64,000 nt of DNA from the human T2T-CHM13v2.0 reference genome, Homo sapiens. The translations under genes were made by a program, and so were the position numbers. This document shows, piece after piece, positions 57,001-64,000 of this stretch. Under the pieces are notes generated by a model that saw only the letters and a program-made list of their open reading frames with translations, searched no databases and was not told where the DNA came from. The DNA lies in assembly GCF_009914755.1 (NCBI RefSeq), contig NC_060931.1, one strand, 5' to 3'. How positions within the stretch are numbered: position 1 is the stretch's first letter; each line of letters opens with the position of its first letter.

Positions 57001-60000
57001 CATAATGCAGCATGACAATGCTTTTAATCGCTGACATAATTGTAATATGTATATATAATATGATACAAGGAAGGTAAATGCAGCTTGCTTTTCAGCCTTA
57101 AAGGCTCTCTTCAATATTCTACTTAAGGTCTTCTGGATTTTATGCATGCTTGGGGGAATTTTCAGGGGGAGGTAACGTGATATTATAAGGATTCTTTCTC
57201 AGTAAGATCACATCTTGTTCTGATTTGATTTGATGCATCTGTATGTGGCAAGTGTGGTAAAGTGAAACTAAGCTCTGTGAATGCAGTGTTTTACAATTCC
57301 TCCTTGATTTCCTGTGCAAGCCCATGTGGCCATAAAACAATGGGCAGAAGAATTGGGATTTTTATTTCTTCATATGGGAAAGCTGCTGGGAGAGACACTC
57401 CCGTAATCTCAGCTGTGAGTGGTGTGGGCGTTCACTGTTTTCCTTTCAGGGCTATATAAAATATATTTTTTAATGGGAGTTGAGTTTTTCCCCCAGATGT
57501 TTCCATACATGATATAATGTAAGCCTATGGTACCATCTCCCAGGAAGGAAAGGCATCCCTGAGTGATTGGTTGGAAGGCTGATAAAGAAACCTGACATTT
57601 TGAGAAGTCCAGCTTTTTTTTTTCTTCTTTAACATTATTTATGGAAAGAATTTTACAACACCCTTAAAAGTCACTATGTGGTGGCTGGACTTTACCAACT
57701 TTGCAGGCTGACATTTTTACACTAGGCATGGCTGGGACCTAGGAGTTTTGCAGTGTTCACATTTTACTAAAGTGAACGCTACTGACAATTCTGGCAGATG
57801 CCAATGATCATTCCAGAATACTGAGTATCAGATCCACTATTGCTCTTTGCGGTCATATGATTAGATGAGCAAAAGAAAAAAGTGTCCAAGTAATAGAAAT
57901 TTAAAAATAAAGAGAGAAAGAGCTGGTGTTCTGGCTGGACGTTGTGTGTGTCCTAATTCTCCTGAACATCAAAATCCCTCAAATGATACCTTCTGCTTTG
58001 CTTTCTAGCTGGGTTTATTTTGCGTGAGCATGGCTTTGACCCCTTCTGGACTGCTTCCTGAGTAGAGGAACTGTATCACATTCATCCTGGTACCCCACAG
58101 GCCTTCACCCTGACTTCCACACGCAGGTGCTCAGGAACTGGTGCTTGGTGCAACATAAATATATAACTTGAACCAATAATCTGTTTCCTCATATTTCATT
58201 GTAGCTGCAGTTAAGCCGTTCACCAATCCAGATGCACTGAAAAGATTTTCTCAATTTAGCTCTAATATTGATGTTTTCTTGCTCTACGTCAGAGGAGGGA
58301 AGCTTCTGCTCTAGGGCAGAAGACATCTCCTATATGCCGGCTGCACACTTAAAATTTTTTAATTTAAATTTTAATTTATTTTTTGCAAAGGGCAAGAATT
58401 AGGAATTCTTTTTGGTTCACATGTTGTCATTAAGCTGGCTCCACCAGGTCATTCTAAGGTAATGCTTGGAAAGAGGCGGTAAAGGATGGAAATGGTCACT
58501 AGGGACTTAGAGGAGCCAGGGGCTGACTTCATTTATTTTACAAGTAAACTGAGATGGCTGAAGTAATCAATATATGGCACCTCTTCTAAGGTATTCACAC
58601 CACAGGCTCAAATTCCAAGCATGTGACAGAGAACACTGTATTTTCTTTATACATATTAAAAAAATAGCTCTTTTACTGCTTCTTATCTGAAGTGTCCAGA
58701 AAGCCTGTAAAAACCATTCAAAAGAAGCCCAAAATATGCTGCAAACAGCTGCTTCCCACCATGGCAGGACACGGGATATGTCAAACAAATTGCTAATTAT
58801 GCATTCATTAATGGGACCTATTCCATGGCCCTCACTTATATAATTTTTCCCTTCTTAAATGCCTCAAAAATAAATTTCACCTCTAACTTTTAACACCTCT
58901 CATCAGACTATGAAGTACAAAATCCATTACTCCTAGTAAGAAAGTAAAATAATAAATTAGAACATTTCAATAGAGTGCTTGATTTTATTGGCAGAGACTC
59001 TGAATGGTGTTAACATTGGCTCAGTACAAATTACACTCCACAGCCAACTTAATGCACAAGCTATGGATATTTTCACCTCTACATTACTCACCAAATTATT
59101 CGTCAACTTTGGACATCAACAATCAAAGCACTTTTTTGTGTTATGCAAATCTATGATGTAAATATAAACTAACACCTGCAATTATTTTGCATCTTTCTCT
59201 TCTGCTAAAAATATTAGTTTTCACCCCAACCTACTTCAATGTCCTATTTAATCTTCTGTGTTTTCCCCCACACAGCCTTTCACCCTCTATGGAGTGTGAT
59301 GGGCACGTGCACTGAGATTTTGTTCAAATGTGTCCAGGGTTTTCCACATTTGGTATCAAGTGACTTGAGAAGTTGGAAGTTTGCTTAGTATGAAAAATGG
59401 ATTATTCAGATGAATGGAGTTTCCTGTTGAAGAGAGGGTAGCATATCATTTTCCACAGGACATTACGCCATGATAGGAAGTTATCATCAATAAATGCTGG
59501 ACCTTAGATGGCAAAAACTACTAAGAAAAAAAATGAGACCATCTGGATTAACATGGGGGAAAAATGAAAGTGACCTAGGACACCTGCCTTCATCACTGTA
59601 TGCACAACAGCAGCACTGAAAACTCACCCCACAGACTGCTGCACCCTCACAGAGCAGCGTAGTCTTGACTTATGCAATGTGGCCTTTGGACACATCTTCT
59701 GAATCAGAACTCAATACTGTCCACAAAGACAGAAAAAGGTTCTGATTGATACTATTGCTTTTCATTGGCTCTGGGCTACTGGGGCTTCACTGGCCACAAA
59801 ATTAGGCAAACATCTTCCCATAAACCACAAGTACGTCAAAGTCATCCAGGGTGGTTATTCTTGCCCTCATCCACTCCTCTTTTACACCTTTCAGACACCA
59901 CATCTCCAACGCCCTGCATCAGGGGCCCTGAAGCTCTCTGTGGTGAAGGACCATTCTGGCCTCTCTCATCTGTCGCCGATGGATATGTGGTCCTGCTACA

Positions 60001-61305
60001 CATGACTAGAACAAGTGGGGGCCACTCCTTGGCGACCTTGAATTTGATAACATCCAAATGAGTCTATCCTCTGTTTGGTGAAAAGAACCTTTAAATCCCA
60101 CACTTTTTGGCAATGTCAAAATGCCATCAAAGTTTCTAAATGCATACTATCCATTCTCTGCCCATGAAGCACATTTTGAGCCCCAAGGCTCTACAGAATC
60201 AGAAAAAAAGAGAGCACCTGCAGCAGCCTCATGGATAGGGCCTCAGACCAGCAGGGGAACTGAAAGCCACACATCCAGAGACCCACACTATGACATGCTG
60301 TACTAACTAGAGAAGAACCAGTGGCAATGTCTTACCCAGACAGGGAGAGGGAACATCCCACCTTCGTCCTGCAGGGCTGAATGCCCGTCAATCACAGAAC
60401 TGGTTCAGGCTGAGCCAAGCACGCTCATCTGTTGACCGTATTACACACAGGAAGCACGGCGGGAACTTTCTATCTTAGAAGGGGATGGAGAAAGAAAATG
60501 TATACTGTGTTTGCTTATGTATCTACAAAGGAATTCCAGAAATATGCAGAAATTAAGGGTAGTTGATTTGTAGAGTAGAGTGAGAATTAGGCAGATCCAG
60601 GACAAAAGAAAGAGGAAGATTTTTCAATATAAACTTTACGACTTGCTGGTTTTTTAAGTACATGAATGCATTCTAATTCAAAGCTCTAGAAACAATGTAA
60701 AATAAATCAGAAAAAGCAAACAAATTTTTAACAACCTAAAAATGTTTGCGAGTTGAGATAGGAAATGTTCCAATATGGAATGGGATTATTTTTGTACACC
60801 TTGCACACAGGCCAAAAGCCCCCACAGTCATAGGAGGTCCACGAACATTCTTTTCTTGCTGAGGACAAGGGGGAGGACCACTAAAGACTCGGTAAAAGCA
60901 AGCTTGTAAACAAAGAATTGAAAAACAATCAGAAAAAAATTAGAAATGTCTGCTTTCTGTCCCCAAATAAAAAAAGCAATGATGCCTATAAAAAAAGAAA
61001 GCATTCAAGTGGAGAAGCATGTGGCTAGAAGGCTGAGGGGGATAGGAAGCAGTCTAAACATACAACAGCAGGACAAAACCCACAGTGGAGGCAGCAAGGA
61101 GCTGATTGAAGACCAAGGAAACCAAATCAGATCAACTCATGGACCCACACATGTCCTGAGAGAAGAAAGTGGAATAAAGGAAACTGAGATAAATTAAGTC
61201 ACAACAGAATTAAACATTCTTGGAATAAACCAGACCTGAACTTCACGTATAAGACCTAGGTATATTTGGCACCATTAAAACATTTTAAGAAAAAAAAAGG
61301 AGGAG

Positions 61306-61609
<304 letters not shown>

Positions 61610-61639
61610 GGGGAAACAAACACAGAAGTATCCTCCCAA

Positions 61640-64000
61640 AGAGGAAAGCACAAGTTAACATAATTTTGCCATATACTAATCAGGAATAGGATTCTATGAT
61701 CAATGGTGTTAGGAGGCCAACCTGACCATATTCTCCTCTTGAAGAGCTGCAAGACATAGTGGCATAAGAAAGGCTTGGATAAGTCTCACAGCCAGGTATG
61801 GTTAACTCTATTTATCCTAGCTTTCATTTTCACCTGATACTTGTCGACATCCTGCAGAACTAGTGTGCTGCAATCCATTTTAGAAAATATTATTAATAAA
61901 TGCATATAAGAGAAAATAAAATTTTCTCTGCCAAATTCTTGAATTGTTACTAAGGAACAAAGGGATGGCAACAAAAATATTTCAGGAAAGAAGAAGCCAT
62001 TGCATGAGGGAACCCAGCGTTGAAGTCAACTAACACACAGGGCAAAATATGAAACAAAGTTGAAGACTGTTATAAAAATAAACATATAAAATAATAAGCA
62101 AGGGGGACAATAATGGAATAATTAATCATTTTACAATAATAACTGAGTCTACTGCATTAATTGATAAAAGCAGAAAGAAAAGAAAAGACAGAAGGTAAAA
62201 AAATTTTTAAATTATAAATTGTCTTGCAAAATCATGTATGTGTGTTTGGGGGGCAAGGAGTGATATTTATTTTTCCACAATTAGAAATCATGCATTTAAT
62301 TATGTGTTCATTAAATGTATAAGCAAAAACACTATTTTTAAAACACTGTGTTTACTTCCAAATTGACCATGGTAAAAATAAGGAAAACATGGCAAGACAC
62401 ACACACACACACACACACGCACACACACACACGTGTGCAAATAAAGGGAAGAATTGAGAGGGCACACAAAAATTCACATTCAAAATAAATGACTCATTGC
62501 CACCCACTTTAAGGCAAAGTTTCTCAGAGGGTGATGAACGCAGCTATAATGCTCATAAGAAAGTCACTAAAAATTATAGAGAATTGTTAAAAAATAAACA
62601 GATGAATATATTAGTGATAATAATCTTGATATTAAACAAATTAGACTTATGACAAAAAGTTTAAATAGCGACAACAGCTGTAGTTGTTCTCTAACATAAT
62701 CATTAAAGAAAAGCAACACTTTTCTCCACCAAATAACAGAGCATCAAAACATAAAGTAAAACCTGTTAAAATAGGAGGAATATGGCTAGAACCATAATCA
62801 CCTGAGATTTAATATACCAGTACCAATTTATAATAAAATACGTAGACAAAGAAACAAGTAGAGACAAAATGAATTTGAACATCATTAGGAATCCTGAAAG
62901 AACAGACACATAACAATCAGTATTGCCTGAGAATCTATTTTCACTTGACCACAGAATATCATATATATCACATCATGAAAATAACCTCAATAAAATATTT
63001 AAATCTCTATCGTCAAGATAAAATTATAAAATTGTACCACAAGCTGAAACACTAATAAGCAAAATCTCATGTCCAGGGGCTATAAGAAATCATAGCATAC
63101 TTATTGGCACAGTTTGTAAGAAGCCAACTTGGCTCTCCCACTTACTGGCAATGTGACAAGAGACAAGCTGCTCAGACTCACAGTGACTTGTTTCCATCAT
63201 CTGGAAAATGAGGCTAATGATAATATCCACCTCATTAGGTTACTGAGTGGATTAAGTTAGTGCATGCTCTTAGAATAGTGCCTGGCATGTAACACGTGGT
63301 GACAAACCAAGCACTAGTTGCCTAATATTAGTTTCAGAGCCTGTATTGTTACAGGAATGCAAGCACCATGAGGACAGGCATCTTTGACTGTTTCATTCAC
63401 TGATGTATCTCCAGAATCCAGAACAGTGTCTGACTGATAGCAGTAGATCCAAAAACATTTGTTGAGCAATAAGGAATTAATGACTGAATAAATCACACAA
63501 ATATAATTACAGACTATTTTGAAATATCAAAAGAAAGAAGACAGTCAAAATTCATGGAAGTCAAAGGTAAATTAAAGTGAATGTTATAATCTCGAAGTGC
63601 ATGTATTATTTAAAAAGAAAGAAAGAAATGAAAGCAGCATTTCACACTAGAAATTATGGAGGGAAAAGCAAAACTCAGCCCAAGAAAATGATGCTAGAGA
63701 AAAATATTTCCTAAAAGACACAATTAAAATTTAACATAGCAGCATAAATAACTAATTTCAGAAACTCATTCCTGGAAAAAAAATGAAACAAATAAAAAAG
63801 AAACCACTGATAATAACTAAACAAATGAGTGAAAGTACAAATGACAGAGAAATAAAATAATGAAGGTGATTTAATAAAGTGTACAGCAGGCATTTAGTTT
63901 AAATAACCACAGTTTGATAATATTAAAGTTGAAAATCTCATCAAAACCCGAGATTCTTCTGGAGAAAATAGAAATAACTCATTCATTCAAATATGACCCA
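61640..64000 (+). mobile_element. Highly degraded old L1 (L1M/ME) ORF1-ORF2 remnant interrupted by MIR (~63080-63330) and L2 tail (~63340-63490)
   Basis: A-rich plus strand with remnants of the L1 endonuclease region (ccaaataacagagcatcaaaac..., gagatttaatatacc). The MIR and L2 signatures are clear. Confidence 0.5.
62397..62432. repeat. (CA)n microsatellite with one CG interruption
   Basis: Direct reading. Confidence 0.9.

Overview
Primate genomic DNA (Alu-rich; the protein matches human GLI3 as I know it, chr7p14.1) covering the 3' part of the Hedgehog-pathway zinc-finger gene GLI3 on the minus strand. The window holds five coding exons, conventionally exons 11-15: 39086-38937, 38060-37896, 32965-32675, 28273-27946 and 26990-24679. 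All have canonical GT-AG boundaries, and their lengths (150/165/291/328/2312 nt) splice into one frame encoding zinc fingers 2-5, the processing region, the PKA-site cluster and the C-terminal activation domain. It also holds a ~3.4-kb 3' UTR ending near AATAAA at 21316-21321, about 25 kb of intron 10 (exon 10 is outside the window) and about 21 kb of downstream intergenic DNA. The rest is typical mammalian repeats (Alu, MIR, L1, L2, MaLR/ERVL LTRs, hAT and TcMar MITEs, microsatellites); repeat families were assigned by eye from remembered consensus sequences. I see no undescribed protein-coding system, and almost all other ORFs in the track are noise. The best leads are: a 271-codon Arg-rich open alternative frame in the NMD-escaping last exon; an intronic MADE1 hairpin whose two arms share non-consensus substitutions; a miRNA-site cluster with a hairpin-masked miR-143 site; two strong CTCF motifs; a downstream CpG-rich element with a duplicated CACGCGTG palindrome; and inverted repeat pairs in intron 10.
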